From an uncultured Chloroflexia bacterium (GTDB taxonomy: Bacteria; Chloroflexota; UBA6077; JACCZL01): DNA of 64,000 nucleotides. Position 1 is the stretch's first letter. Every line of letters begins with the position of its first letter. The DNA lies in NCBI GenBank assembly GCA_963765765.1, contig CAVXYC010000020.1, positions 96,001 through 160,000 of the forward strand. Reading direction: 5' to 3'. Position numbers and translations under genes: made by a program. Shown piece by piece: positions 1-10,043 of this stretch. A model generated the notes under the pieces. That model was given only the letters and a program-made list of their open reading frames with translations, did no database searches and was not told the DNA's origin.

Positions 1-19
1 TACGGTGCGGAAAGGAGCT

Positions 20-56
20 CCGGATCCTGGGACCGCGGGCGTCCCAGGATCCGGAG
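20..56. repeat. Palindromic REP-like hairpin
   Basis: TCCGGATCCTGGGAC...GTCCCAGGATCCGGA inverted repeat; core CTGGGA-CGCGGGCGTCCC recurs at ~52486. Confidence 0.6.
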
Positions 57-81
57 CATCGCCTACCAACACAATGGAGCA

Positions 82-1062
82 ATGATGCACGCCATACAGG
101 TAACTCAGTACGGTGGTCCGGAAGTCCTGGAGCTGAGCGAAGTACCCACGCCCGAGCCGGGCCCCGGCCAGGTTCGAATCAAGGTCGCCGCGACGAGCGT
201 CAACTTCGCGGACATCCAGGGACGCAAGGCTCCCTATCACACGTCAGCGCCGCCACCTTTCATTCCGGGACTCGAAGCCACCGGCACAATCGACGCGTTG
301 GGCCCCGGCGTCTCGGGGTTCGAGGTCGGCCAACGAGTAGCCGCCCTTGCGGATGGCGGCTCCTACGCCGAGTACGTGCTGGCGCGAACGATCGGCGTTT
401 ACCTCGTACCGGACAGCGTTGAGTCGAATCAGGCCGCGGTTTTTCCATCCGTCGGCACAACCGCGTACAACCTGCTGACATTGGCCGCGCGGATCCAGCC
501 TGGTGAGACTGTAATGATTCACGCGGCCGCGGGGGGTGTGGGAAGCACCGCGGTGCAGCTTGCACGCGTACTGGGAGCGGCGCGAATCATTGGAACGGTG
601 GGCTCCGCGGCAAAAGCGGACCTCATCCGCTCACTTGGCGCGGATGAAGCGATCAACTACCGCGAGGAGAGTGTCCCCGAGCGCGTCATGCAGATTACCG
701 GTGGCATGGGAGCGGACGTGATTCTGGACGCAGTCGGCAAGGACACGTTTGAGGGTAGCCTGGCCAGCCTCGCGCTTCACGGACGATTGGTGATCTACGG
801 CCAGTCCAGCGGACCGCCACCAGCCTTCGAGTTTGGGCCGCTGTTTTCGCAGAACAAGGCAGTCATTGGATACAGCACGGGCGGCCACCGTCGATCTCGC
901 CCGGAAGTGCTGCGACCTGCAGGACTGGCCGTACTCAACCTGCTTGCAGCAGGCCGCTGGAAACCGGTCATTGATCAGGTGCTCCCACTCGAGCGTGCCG
1001 GAGACGCCCAGCACCTCGTTGAGACCCGTGCGACCATGGGCAAGGTGATCCTGGAGGTCTAG
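82..1062 (+). CDS. NADPH:quinone oxidoreductase (zeta-crystallin/MDR family)
   Basis: GGPEVL start, VNFAD, PGLE, HAAAGGVG NADPH-binding motif, GKVIL C-terminus; GGAG RBS. Confidence 0.92.
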   Translation: MMHAIQVTQYGGPEVLELSEVPTPEPGPGQVRIKVAATSVNFADIQGRKAPYHTSAPPPFIPGLEATGTIDALGPGVSGFEVGQRVAALADGGSYAEYVLARTIGVYLVPDSVESNQAAVFPSVGTTAYNLLTLAARIQPGETVMIHAAAGGVGSTAVQLARVLGAARIIGTVGSAAKADLIRSLGADEAINYREESVPERVMQITGGMGADVILDAVGKDTFEGSLASLALHGRLVIYGQSSGPPPAFEFGPLFSQNKAVIGYSTGGHRRSRPEVLRPAGLAVLNLLAAGRWKPVIDQVLPLERAGDAQHLVETRATMGKVILEV

Positions 1063-1173
1063 CTTTGCTCTGGAGCGGTCGCCAGTACGAAATGAGCCGT
1101 ACGCTCGGCGCACCAATGCACCATGAGCGCCGCCGGCTCTGGGCCTATGCTTACGTGTTCGCGAGAGGTTCGT

Positions 1174-4100
1174 ATGACAGCTTCCATCACTGAAGCTCTC
1201 GGCCACTGGGCCGTAGACCAGCGCGGTAAAGGGCTCAGTCCGGTGGTTGCGCGGCAAGCCAAGCTCGCGCTTATCGACTACCTGGGCGTCACGCTGGGTG
1301 GACTCAACATCCCATCGGCAGCCGCCGTTCGTACGATGGCCCTTGAGCAGGGCGGCAACTCACAAGCAACCCTTATTGGCATCGGCGAACGCGCGACCGG
1401 TTTCCAGGCGGCTCTGGCAAACGGCACAGCAGGTCACGCGCTGGACATGGACGACGGGCACAGGCTTGCCGCGGGTCATCCGGGCGTCACCGTCATTCCG
1501 GCCGCACTGGCGGCCGCTGAGATGAGTGGCGCGAGTGGTACGCAGTTACTCAAGGCGATCGCGGTAGGCTACGAAGTCTTCGTGCGCGTGGCCAGCGTCA
1601 TGAATCCATCGCATCTTGATCGCGGCTTCCACACTACCGGGACCATCGGGCCGCTCGGAGCCGCCACAGCGGCTGGATTTCTCCTCGGGCTTGATGCAAC
1701 CCAGCTCACGCACGCGCTGGGCGCCGCTGCATCTAGCGCGGCAGGGCTCTTTCAGGTATTGCACGAAGGGGCGATGTTCAAACCGGTCCATGCCGGCCGA
1801 GCTTCAGAGGCGGGGCTTTTCGCGGCGCTCTGGGCACGGCAAGGCGGTGAGGCGCCACGCTTCGCCCTGGACGGCCCGGACGGCTTTGTGCGGGCCTATG
1901 CAGACGGTGTCGATCCAGCACCAATTGGCCGCGACCTGGCGGAGCCCGAGTCCATTCTGGGCATGTACGTAAAGCTGCACTCGGCATGTCGGCACGTGCA
2001 CGCGGCCGTGGACGCTGGACTGGAGCTGTTCCAGCGACGCAAAGCCCCGATCGCCGAGGTCGTCTCGATCGACGTCGCGACGTACGCGGTCGCAGACCGC
2101 ATGACGGGCCATAAAGGGGAGGTCACGGATATTCCCACCGCCCGTTTCAGCCTTCCCTTCTGCCTCGCGCTGGCGGCGCTCCGTGGCGCGGCTGGCCCGA
2201 TAGAGTTCGTTGATGAAACACTCGCGGACGAGTCGTTGCACGAATTTGCGCGCAAGGTCACAGTGCGAGAAGATGCGGCACTCAGCGCTCTCTATCCACA
2301 AGAGCGCGGTGCACGCCTGACGGTGCATTTCACGGGTGGACGCGAGGATGCTGTCACTGTCATGTTCCCTCGGGGCGAGCCCGAAAACCCGGCAACAGAC
2401 GATGAGTATTACGACAAGTTCCGCGCAAATGCCGTTGGTGTTCTAAACCGCGGTGAAGCCGACCAAGTCATTGCCACCGTGGAGCACATCGAATCGATGG
2501 CGATCTCAGAGCTCGTTGCATTAACGGCGGGTTGCCCTCGCTCCCACCACGATCGCCTCGGCAAGGTTGGCGTAAGCAAGGACGTGGCGTTTCCTGAGGG
2601 CGAATACACACCGTTCGGCTACCTCAGAAATCCGAGCCACCGCGCCTCGGGTCGATGGGAAAAGCTCGAGGGAGGAAACCTTCGCACTGCCGACGATACG
2701 GTTGGGTTGGAATGGGCCTACCCGTGGCACAGGAGTCCGAGCGGCCATGCCGGAATTAGTCTGACCTGTAGCGCAGACGGTCGTGATTGCGTCAGCCGTA
2801 ATGACTTCGAGTCGATTGGCTACACATCTCGTTATCACTCGGCGCTGATAATGGGCTTCGACTGGACCATAGTAGGAGTCGAAATCACGGCGCGATTCTT
2901 TCTTGTGGGCGATGCACTCTGCTTGCAGGTTCGTGCGACAAGTCGGGTCGGAACTCGCCAATCGGTGAAGCTGGGTATAGTCGGACGAGTCGGAGTGAGT
3001 GGAGCCAGTGTTGACCCACGCGAATCCGGCTCCTGCACCATTTTCGAGACAAAGCTTGAAGACATCCCGGCCGCCCACGCGTTGATCGTGTCTCCCGATC
3101 CGGAATGGCGGGGACAACCGTCTATGGATTTCCCGCTTGTCGTTGGCGAGCGCTGTTCCGAGAACGGCGTCTCGCTGGATCTGACACCGCACTCCAGCGC
3201 CACGATCTCCGCCGTGCTTGCACGAGGCGACTCAGGCGATCTCGCCCGCTCGAGAGCGGAGGCGGCGCTACCTCGCATCGGTGCCGAGCTTTCACGCGCA
3301 CTCGCTGAAGATGCGGCCTTTTACAAGACATGCCCGACCCTGAGCGGCGATTGGCCGAGCAATTGGCGAGAAGGCCTGGTGTACGACTTCGAGACAACGC
3401 GTATGTGCGTCATGGCGCCGTCAGGAATCTTTCGCGATATTTGGCCAAGCTGGATGACCGGCTGGCCCCGAGTCGTGGTAGCCGAGGGCACTCTGGATAT
3501 GGCCCGTCTCGCGTTCGCTGATGCCGACACAGCGAAGCGAGCGCTCATGACGATGTTCCGAGATGCGCCCGCGCCTAACGTCCCGTGCGTCTTCCAGGAT
3601 GGCAGCCCCAATATGGTGGCGCGTGATGGCAGTATCTGCGGGACATCACCCGCCTGGTGCCTGCCCTTCCTAAACATCGAGCGTATCTACCTGCGCACGC
3701 TCGACCGAGTCTGGCTTTCTGAGCTCTTCCCGTATCTAAGCCGCTATGTTGATTGGTGGCTGGAGCATCGCGTAGACGAGGAGGGCTGGATTGTCTACAA
3801 GTGCACCTGGGAAGCGGGCGAGGATGGGAATCGACGCCTCGATCCCAGTGGCTCGGGTGACGCCGATATCTCGCGGCGAGTTCGGCCAGCTGAGCTGCAA
3901 GCCTCAATCGCCTACGCGGCGCGAACGCTCGCGTTCTTTGCCAGGGAGCTCAGCCGGGATACCGATGCCAGACGCTGGTCGATCGTCGCCGAGTCTTACC
4001 GCGAACGCACTCGCTCGATGTTCGACGATGGAACAGGGCGATTTCGAGACTGGCTCATTCAAGAGTCGCGATTCCAAGAGGACCAACAAACCGAGAGCTA

Positions 4101-4791
4101 CTGGGGCTCCAGCAGCACGCGCTTTTCCGCCCTCTCGCTTACGCCCGCTCTCGGGGATATTGCAACCCCGGAGCAGATTGGCGCGTTGCGCAACGAGATC
4201 AGACAGCATGCCGTTCCTCCCTGGACTATCTGGCCGTCCTGGTGCCACATACTGACGGAATGCGCGTCAGCTGTGGGGATGCATGAGCTCGCGGGATCGA
4301 TCTCGGCTGAAGTCCTCGAAGCGGTGTATCGACTCACCAATCGGCGCTCACTTGCAGCGATTCGAAGACCGACTCCGGGTGCATCGCCCGAATACTGGCC
4401 ACGGGACAATCGGGGTTGGGACGCTAGCGATGCGTATGGCTGGGGAGCCACCACGGCGAACTTACTCATCCGTCACATTTGCGGTCTCCAGGAGAGCCAG
4501 GAAACCAACAACTGGATTCTGAATCTGACCCCGGCTTTTATGGATCGACTCCAACAGGCGGGCGCTCGATACGTGGTTCGCGGTTTCAATTATCGAGGGC
4601 GAAGCCTGGACATCGCTTTTACATGGATCGGGCCGTCCCTGGACGTTGAGATCGAGCTGCGTGAGCCCGTGCATTGCTCCGTAAGTGAGACCGATGGTAT
4701 CGATGGACTGGTCTACAAGAGTAGACGACCGCTTTCGAGGCATGAGTTCCGAGTGACGAATGGCCGTAGGCATAGAGTGAAACTCGACTAG
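1174..4791 (+). CDS. MmgE/PrpD-family domain fused in frame to an (alpha/alpha)6 glycoside hydrolase-like domain (GH63/MGH1-like)
   Basis: N-terminal ~450 aa: ANGTAGHALDMDDGH, GHPG, RGFHTTG, KLHSAC, FSLPF, RGEPENP. C-terminal part: WEAGEDGNRR and PEYW...YGWGA motifs of six-hairpin glycosidases. Start set at ATG 1174 after GAGG. Confidence 0.75.
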   Translation: MTASITEALGHWAVDQRGKGLSPVVARQAKLALIDYLGVTLGGLNIPSAAAVRTMALEQGGNSQATLIGIGERATGFQAALANGTAGHALDMDDGHRLAAGHPGVTVIPAALAAAEMSGASGTQLLKAIAVGYEVFVRVASVMNPSHLDRGFHTTGTIGPLGAATAAGFLLGLDATQLTHALGAAASSAAGLFQVLHEGAMFKPVHAGRASEAGLFAALWARQGGEAPRFALDGPDGFVRAYADGVDPAPIGRDLAEPESILGMYVKLHSACRHVHAAVDAGLELFQRRKAPIAEVVSIDVATYAVADRMTGHKGEVTDIPTARFSLPFCLALAALRGAAGPIEFVDETLADESLHEFARKVTVREDAALSALYPQERGARLTVHFTGGREDAVTVMFPRGEPENPATDDEYYDKFRANAVGVLNRGEADQVIATVEHIESMAISELVALTAGCPRSHHDRLGKVGVSKDVAFPEGEYTPFGYLRNPSHRASGRWEKLEGGNLRTADDTVGLEWAYPWHRSPSGHAGISLTCSADGRDCVSRNDFESIGYTSRYHSALIMGFDWTIVGVEITARFFLVGDALCLQVRATSRVGTRQSVKLGIVGRVGVSGASVDPRESGSCTIFETKLEDIPAAHALIVSPDPEWRGQPSMDFPLVVGERCSENGVSLDLTPHSSATISAVLARGDSGDLARSRAEAALPRIGAELSRALAEDAAFYKTCPTLSGDWPSNWREGLVYDFETTRMCVMAPSGIFRDIWPSWMTGWPRVVVAEGTLDMARLAFADADTAKRALMTMFRDAPAPNVPCVFQDGSPNMVARDGSICGTSPAWCLPFLNIERIYLRTLDRVWLSELFPYLSRYVDWWLEHRVDEEGWIVYKCTWEAGEDGNRRLDPSGSGDADISRRVRPAELQASIAYAARTLAFFARELSRDTDARRWSIVAESYRERTRSMFDDGTGRFRDWLIQESRFQEDQQTESYWGSSSTRFSALSLTPALGDIATPEQIGALRNEIRQHAVPPWTIWPSWCHILTECASAVGMHELAGSISAEVLEAVYRLTNRRSLAAIRRPTPGASPEYWPRDNRGWDASDAYGWGATTANLLIRHICGLQESQETNNWILNLTPAFMDRLQQAGARYVVRGFNYRGRSLDIAFTWIGPSLDVEIELREPVHCSVSETDGIDGLVYKSRRPLSRHEFRVTNGRRHRVKLD

Positions 4792-4959
4792 GGATCCCCG
4801 TGGCGAAAGCTCGGTCGCCACGGGCGGATCTCAGTGGGCACGCGGCTTGCCCATGGCGCGCGGTACTTGAGTCGCCTGTAATCCGTTAGATCCATGAACG
4901 AGATGCCGATCCGGCATTTCCGGCGACGTTAGGATTGATATACTGGCGCGGCTGGGATT

Positions 4960-6163
4960 GTGACGAACCGGAGATATAGAGCGCTGACCTCAGTGCTCGC
5001 AGCGATGCTTTTGATAGTCGCGTTAGGGCCTCAGTCGTACGCTGACGGTCCTCCTCCAGCGTCGCCGGCGCAAAGCGGCTCGCCTCGCGAGCTTGAGGCG
5101 ATGAACATCGCTCCTCGCAACTTCGTGAACAATCGCTTCCTGATTCTCAACATGCACGGCATGCTGTTTCACGAGCGCCTGGCCGATATTCAGGAGGACA
5201 TCCACTACGCAAGCTGGATGAACGCCGGTGTAATCAGAGTATTCGCAACCGACGCGAGCGGCCTGGAGCGCTGGTCAGGCGGTGAGGTAGCTGAACGGAT
5301 CATCGAAATTGCCCCGATGCTTAGATCCTCCAATATCAAGCTCATCGTGGCGCTGGTGAACAATCACCAGGAGGTTCCGGGAGAAGCCGCGAACTCAGTC
5401 GGTTGGATGGATGGTTATCAACAGCTCCTATTGCCTTTCTATAGCGGGAATTGGCGGATGGCCTACCGCAGTTTCGCCAGTGATTTGATCTGGCTGGTCA
5501 AGGAACGCGGCGCTCGGGATGTCATCTGGGCCTGGGAGGTTGGCAACGAGATCCATACCCAGCAAGACCCACCGCTCGTCCTCGATTTTCTCAACCAGGC
5601 AATTCATGCAATTCGACAGGTGGACGACGCGACGCAGATTCTTCCGGGGACCATGGGCTCGAATCATCTCGAGCCCTGGGCCGAGGACTCGCCAGTAGCC
5701 CGAGAGCTGTTTTGCGATATGCCGGTTTCCGCTTACACGCTCCACGCCTACGACTGGCGAGATATCTATAACGGTGGAGATATGCCCATTCATTACGACT
5801 TCACCCACACTGTGCGGGATCGATGCGACGACGGCAGGCGCTCTACCGGTCATTGTGGAAGAGCTCGGAACCTCGCGGGCCGTCCCCGGTCAGTACGCTG
5901 AATGGGAAGAGGACAAACGGCTTGCCGCGGAGCTAAATCAGATTCGCTACGTGCTTTCACAGCCGTCCGTCGCAGGAGTGGGCGCCTGGTCAGCCGAGAG
6001 CCCGCGAAGCCGTCGGGTACGTCACGATCGTCGCCGAGGCCTTACGTCATACGGGCCAGACGCCGACGGCTCCGGCTCCTGCTATGGCGCTACCGCGGAC
6101 AACGTCCCAGGCGCGCGCTGTCGGCTCGAGCAAGTGCTGCGTAGCCTGCCGAACGTCCCGTAA
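4960..6163 (+). CDS. Secreted GH5-like glycoside hydrolase (frameshift ~5845)
   Basis: Signal peptide; WEVGNE acid/base motif, TLHAY; nucleophile motif VIVEELG lies in the +1 ORF 5774..6163. Confidence 0.75.
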
Positions 6164-6446
6164 GCCGCCCTGCAGCAACGTAAGCGAGCGATCCCTGCCC
6201 CAACAGACCCACATCCCGTAACGGTGCGGTTCCCTCCCGCGAATTCCGGGCGCGGCGCCGGAGAGGGTTGATGAATGTGCTGGCGTCTGATTTTCCCGTT
6301 GGGATCCGGCACCTATACGCGTGCGCCCCTGTTGTCGTGCACGCGAAATCACATTTCCCCGTCTGTCACTGGAAACCTCACTGCGATCTAGGCGATAACG
6401 TCTGCACACACTGATCGTTTTACCGTCAGAATGAGGAGACCTCTAC

Positions 6447-6662
6447 GTGAACAAACGAAAGAATGCTGCGGAGCGGAAGCACCGCCATACTGCCCAGAAG
6501 GTGAAAGCGCGCAAGAAGGGCATCGATCCCGCGCTCGATCGACTCTGGCAGGTAGGCCCCTGGGAGGAGCGGCGCTCTCGCTCCTGGCGTAGCCAGCGCA
6601 CCTCTGGCGAGGGGGGTGAAGCATCCACCACATCCGCACGACGAGGCCGCGCGCGCAGCTAG
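6447..6662 (+). CDS. Small, highly basic hypothetical protein (71 aa)
   Basis: GAGGAG RBS before GTG; K/R-rich; followed by a terminator hairpin. Confidence 0.6.
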   Translation: MNKRKNAAERKHRHTAQKVKARKKGIDPALDRLWQVGPWEERRSRSWRSQRTSGEGGEASTTSARRGRARS

Positions 6663-6679
6663 GCCTGAGTAAGTGCGCC

Positions 6680-6720
6680 ATCAAAAAGTGCCGCGATGCA
6701 ATCACGGCACTTTTTTTGAT
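6680..6720. terminator. Bidirectional intrinsic terminator
   Basis: AAAAAGTGCCG...CGGCACTTTTTTT between convergent ORFs; overlaps the sodX stop. Confidence 0.75.
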
Positions 6721-7238
6721 GCAGCTGAGCGGAAATCTTGCGCCCCCAATCTACCAGCCCGCGACTGAGGTGCAAGTACATACCAACCGCGGCCGAGCAC
6801 CTGTGATTGGCGTATCGGTCCGAAGGCGCGGCTATCGGTACCCACGGCCACCGCGTAACTCAGAACAAAGAGCTCGTCAGCCCCGACCTGCCAACGGCCA
6901 GGCAAGCTACCCACCATCGGTGAGTGGAAGTTGATCTCACAGCCGTCGATCCAGAGGCGGTCACCACGGACCTCGATGTGCTCCCCTGGCATCCCGGCGA
7001 CGAGCTTAATCATGCGTCCTGATTGGCTGGAGCCGTGTTGAAATACAACGATGTCACCCCGGGCGACATCCCGGCCAACGTACGCCAGGCGATCGCAAAG
7101 CAGTACATCACCTGGGCGAAGGAGCGGGTACATGCTGTCACCCACCACGGCGACTCGTTTACTTGCCACCCACGGCATCACGTCTCGAACGAGCGGCAGA
7201 CTGGCCGCTGTTCGAGCGGACCATTCAACCAGGTTCAT
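6702..7238 (-). CDS. sodX: S26 peptidase, probable nickel-SOD maturation protease
   Basis: GDSMYPLL (catalytic Ser), MIKLV (Lys), DSRAFG; divergent from sodN. Confidence 0.8.
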   Translation of the reverse strand: MNLVEWSARTAASLPLVRDVMPWVASKRVAVVGDSMYPLLRPGDVLLCDRLAYVGRDVARGDIVVFQHGSSQSGRMIKLVAGMPGEHIEVRGDRLWIDGCEINFHSPMVGSLPGRWQVGADELFVLSYAVAVGTDSRAFGPIRQSQVLGRGWYVLAPQSRAGRLGAQDFRSAASKKVP

Positions 7239-7310
7239 TTTCTCCCACTTTCGCCGCGATCAATCCGACAGGTACACTAGGGATTGCATGCTATCAAACA
7301 GGAGCGGTGT

Positions 7311-7835
7311 ATGAATCTTACTGATCGAGCCCTCGCGGCATTCCAGCGGACGATGCCTATCGAGGAAGCCGACGCCCATTGCGATATTCCTTGCGGAATC
7401 TATGATCCGCATGCGGCCCAGATCGGGGCACTCACCGTTGTCCGCATGGTGCAACTCATTCAGAATCTTGCGAAGCCCGACGCCAGCGCGTCCAAGGAGC
7501 AAGTGGACGCGTACGTCAACTCGCTTTCACGCTACATAGCCGTGAAAGAGGAGCATGCGACGCTCGCCAAAAAGGAAACTCTGATTATCTGGACGGACTA
7601 TTTCCGCCCCGAGCATCTCGAGAAGTTTCCCGATCTTCACGACCTCGTCTGGAAGACCATGAAGCTTGCTTCTAAGGCGAAGCAAGAGATCAACATGGAT
7701 GCATCGCAGGAGTTGCTCGCGGGTATTCAGAGAATCGCTGAGATCTTCTGGGAGACTAAGGGCGCTACAACCAAGCGACAGTCGTCGCTGCAGACCGTCG
7801 GCGGAGAGCTCGTCTACCCCGTACCGGCATCGTAA
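7311..7835 (+). CDS. sodN: Nickel superoxide dismutase precursor
   Basis: Ni-hook HCDIPCGIYDP after a short propeptide; KEEHA, IWTDYF, IFWETK; AGGAG RBS at 7300. Confidence 0.96.
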   Translation: MNLTDRALAAFQRTMPIEEADAHCDIPCGIYDPHAAQIGALTVVRMVQLIQNLAKPDASASKEQVDAYVNSLSRYIAVKEEHATLAKKETLIIWTDYFRPEHLEKFPDLHDLVWKTMKLASKAKQEINMDASQELLAGIQRIAEIFWETKGATTKRQSSLQTVGGELVYPVPAS

Positions 7836-7872
7836 GCCATTCACTCTCGGCCTTGGGATTCTTGCGCGCGTG

Positions 7873-8194
7873 GTGAGCAAACATCTCTTTCCACGCGCGT
7901 TTTAGTCCGTTCCTCATCTCGGTCTTTGTCGTTACTGCCTGTTCCGCCACCCAATTACCCGAGGAGCCATTAACTGCTCGTGGCGTCATACTTGGCATCG
8001 CGCAACGAACATTCACCGAGCTTGACTCCATCGAGGTCCGCACCGATGACGGTCAAGTGCTCACATTCGCCGTTGAGGGAGATGTAGGGCTCACGCCCGG
8101 GCATGCGCGTGAGCACATGTCATTCGTCGAGCCCGTCACGGTGCTTTACCGCGTCACTGAGCGTGGACCGCTGGCCATTTCGATCACTGACTAG
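7873..8194 (+). CDS. Small lipoprotein missing from the ORF track (start probably frameshifted ~7895)
   Basis: Open frame 7877-8194: RFSPFLISVFVVTAC (lipobox)...VRTDDGQVLTF...TPGHAREHM...ISITD*. Confidence 0.65.
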
Positions 8195-8573
8195 AGGTCG
8201 GCAGCCCACTAACCCACCCCCGCGACGATACCTCTCATGCGCTGGGCCATCACTCGCTATGGGTGCATGGAGATAGATCAGCTCGTTGCTCGGCAATCGG
8301 GATTGATCTGATCGAGTAACCGCTTGGCCCCGCTATCACTGTTGATCTTGATGGTCAGCTCACGGGCTCCTGCAAACCATCGGGATGTCCAATTTCTGGA
8401 TATGGTTTGCTTCGTGACACCGAGCTCAAGGGCCCCACTTCTCAACCCTTGCCTATCGGACCCCGGTTGATTTGACGCGGCCCAGGTAATGCAGGGAGCA
8501 CCAATCAGTTTGGAGAGGTCGGAGTCCGCGGCGCTCCCTCTGCAACATTGCGCACAGCGGCCGTCGTCTCACT

Positions 8574-8604
8574 AATGGTAGCGGGAAAAAATGGTAGCGG
8601 GAAA
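8574..8604 (+). promoter_or_regulatory. Tandem direct repeat AATGGTAGCGGGAAA x2 upstream of the sigma factor
   Basis: Two exact 15-bp copies with a 16-bp period. Confidence 0.4.
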
Positions 8605-8702
8605 GTTGTTCCCTAACGGCACGAATCGTGCCATTTTTCGAACTGTCGAATTTAAGGGCGGCGTCCACGCAAGAAGCATCACGGAGCAGACCATGATTCA
8701 CT

Positions 8703-9989
8703 TTGACAAATACTTTCACGATGGTGGGGGTCCATCTGACGGATGGGAAGTTCTCAACCGCGTGCGACGGGAACATCCAAATCGAGCCGGACGCACCCCT
8801 TGCGGAGATCATCTCCGCCACCTCTGGCTCGCCGCCAGATACCCGACTCGCCGTTCAAGCTCTGGAGCAAAGTGGAGTTTCAGTAGAAGGCGACATCGAG
8901 CACGACGCTCTCGATGTCGGTCGAGCCCGGCGTCGCTCCAATGCTAACTCGATCGAGAACGCTGAAGATGTCCTCGAGAAAGTGGACGAGCAGGTCGAGG
9001 TGATTGGCGTACCTGCGGAGGGCGTAGACGCGGAGGAGGCCGGTGAGGCACAACGTCGCGAAGCGCTGGCCGTTGAATTTGCGGCCGGTTCCCCGGCCGT
9101 ACTTTACCTTCGAGAGATCAGCAAGGCCCGTCTGCTCACGGCTCCAGAGGAGATCTCGCTCGCGCGAGAAGTTCGAGCGGGCCGAGAAGCCGATGAGCGG
9201 CTGAAGGCTGAAGACGTCGGGGAGGATGAGCGCGCCGATTTAGAGCGCGCAATCAGCGTTGGTCTAGCGGCGAGGCGGCGGCTTATCGAGTCCAATCTGC
9301 GACTCGTGGTCAGTGTGGCTCGTCGCTACATCGGACGCGGTATGGCGTTCCTTGATCTGGTTCAAGAAGGCAATCTTGGGCTGAATCGCGGGATAGACAA
9401 GTACGACCCCGAACGAGGCTTCCGTTTCTCCACCTACGTGTACTGGTGGATTCGCCAGGCCATTACGCGGGCCATCGCAGATCAGGGACGAACCATTCGC
9501 CTGCCGGTCCACATCATTGATTTCCTGACTCAGGTGCAGAGAACGAGCCATGAGCTCGCGCACGAGACGGGTCGACAGCCGCTTCCCGCCGAGATCGCGG
9601 AACGCTTGGACACATCAGAGGAGCGGGTGTCAGAGGCGCTCCGTGCGGGGCAAATGCCGATTTCGCTCGAGTCACCGGTGGGCGCGGAGCACGAAAGTGT
9701 CCTGGGTGACCTCATCGCCGATCATTCGGCAGCCCAGCCGTCCGACGTGGTTGTGGGTGATATGTTGCGTGAGTATGTGGATGAGATGCTCGGCGATGAG
9801 CTCACCCCGCGCGAGCGCTCAGTGCTCGAGCTTCGATTCGGACTTCGGGACGACAGGGTCTGGAGTCTTTCCGAGATCGGTGAATCCCTCGGCCTGAGCC
9901 GAGAGCGCGTGCGTCAGATCGAGCACGAAGCGCTCGCAAAGCTCCGCCGCCCGGATGTGCGTCGTCGACTGGCCGATTATCTGGGATAG
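8703..9989 (+). CDS. RpoD/SigA-like sigma-70 factor (group 1/2)
   Basis: YLREI (1.2), NLRLVVSVARRY, DLVQEGN, RFSTYVYWWIRQAI, RTIRLPVH, RERVRQIE. Confidence 0.93.
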   Translation: MTNTFTMVGVHLTDGKFSTACDGNIQIEPDAPLAEIISATSGSPPDTRLAVQALEQSGVSVEGDIEHDALDVGRARRRSNANSIENAEDVLEKVDEQVEVIGVPAEGVDAEEAGEAQRREALAVEFAAGSPAVLYLREISKARLLTAPEEISLAREVRAGREADERLKAEDVGEDERADLERAISVGLAARRRLIESNLRLVVSVARRYIGRGMAFLDLVQEGNLGLNRGIDKYDPERGFRFSTYVYWWIRQAITRAIADQGRTIRLPVHIIDFLTQVQRTSHELAHETGRQPLPAEIAERLDTSEERVSEALRAGQMPISLESPVGAEHESVLGDLIADHSAAQPSDVVVGDMLREYVDEMLGDELTPRERSVLELRFGLRDDRVWSLSEIGESLGLSRERVRQIEHEALAKLRRPDVRRRLADYLG

Positions 9990-9998
9990 AAGCTGAGG

Positions 9999-10038
9999 AC
10001 GGTGAGGGGCACTTGAACCTCCAAGTGCCCCTCACCGT
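9999..10038. terminator. Perfect hairpin between the convergent sigma factor and gnd
   Basis: ACGGTGAGGGGCACTTG-loop-CAAGTGCCCCTCACCGT. Confidence 0.7.
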
Positions 10039-10043
10039 TCCAT

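Noticed and set aside
6702-7238. Housekeeping signal peptidase LepB
   Set aside because: No clear N-terminal TM anchor, and the gene is divergent from sodN, which favours SodX; not fully excluded
8372-8410. GCAAACCAT as the start of a c-di-GMP-I riboswitch
   Set aside because: No GNRA loop or GGGACGCAAA segment follows; it is a simple inverted repeat
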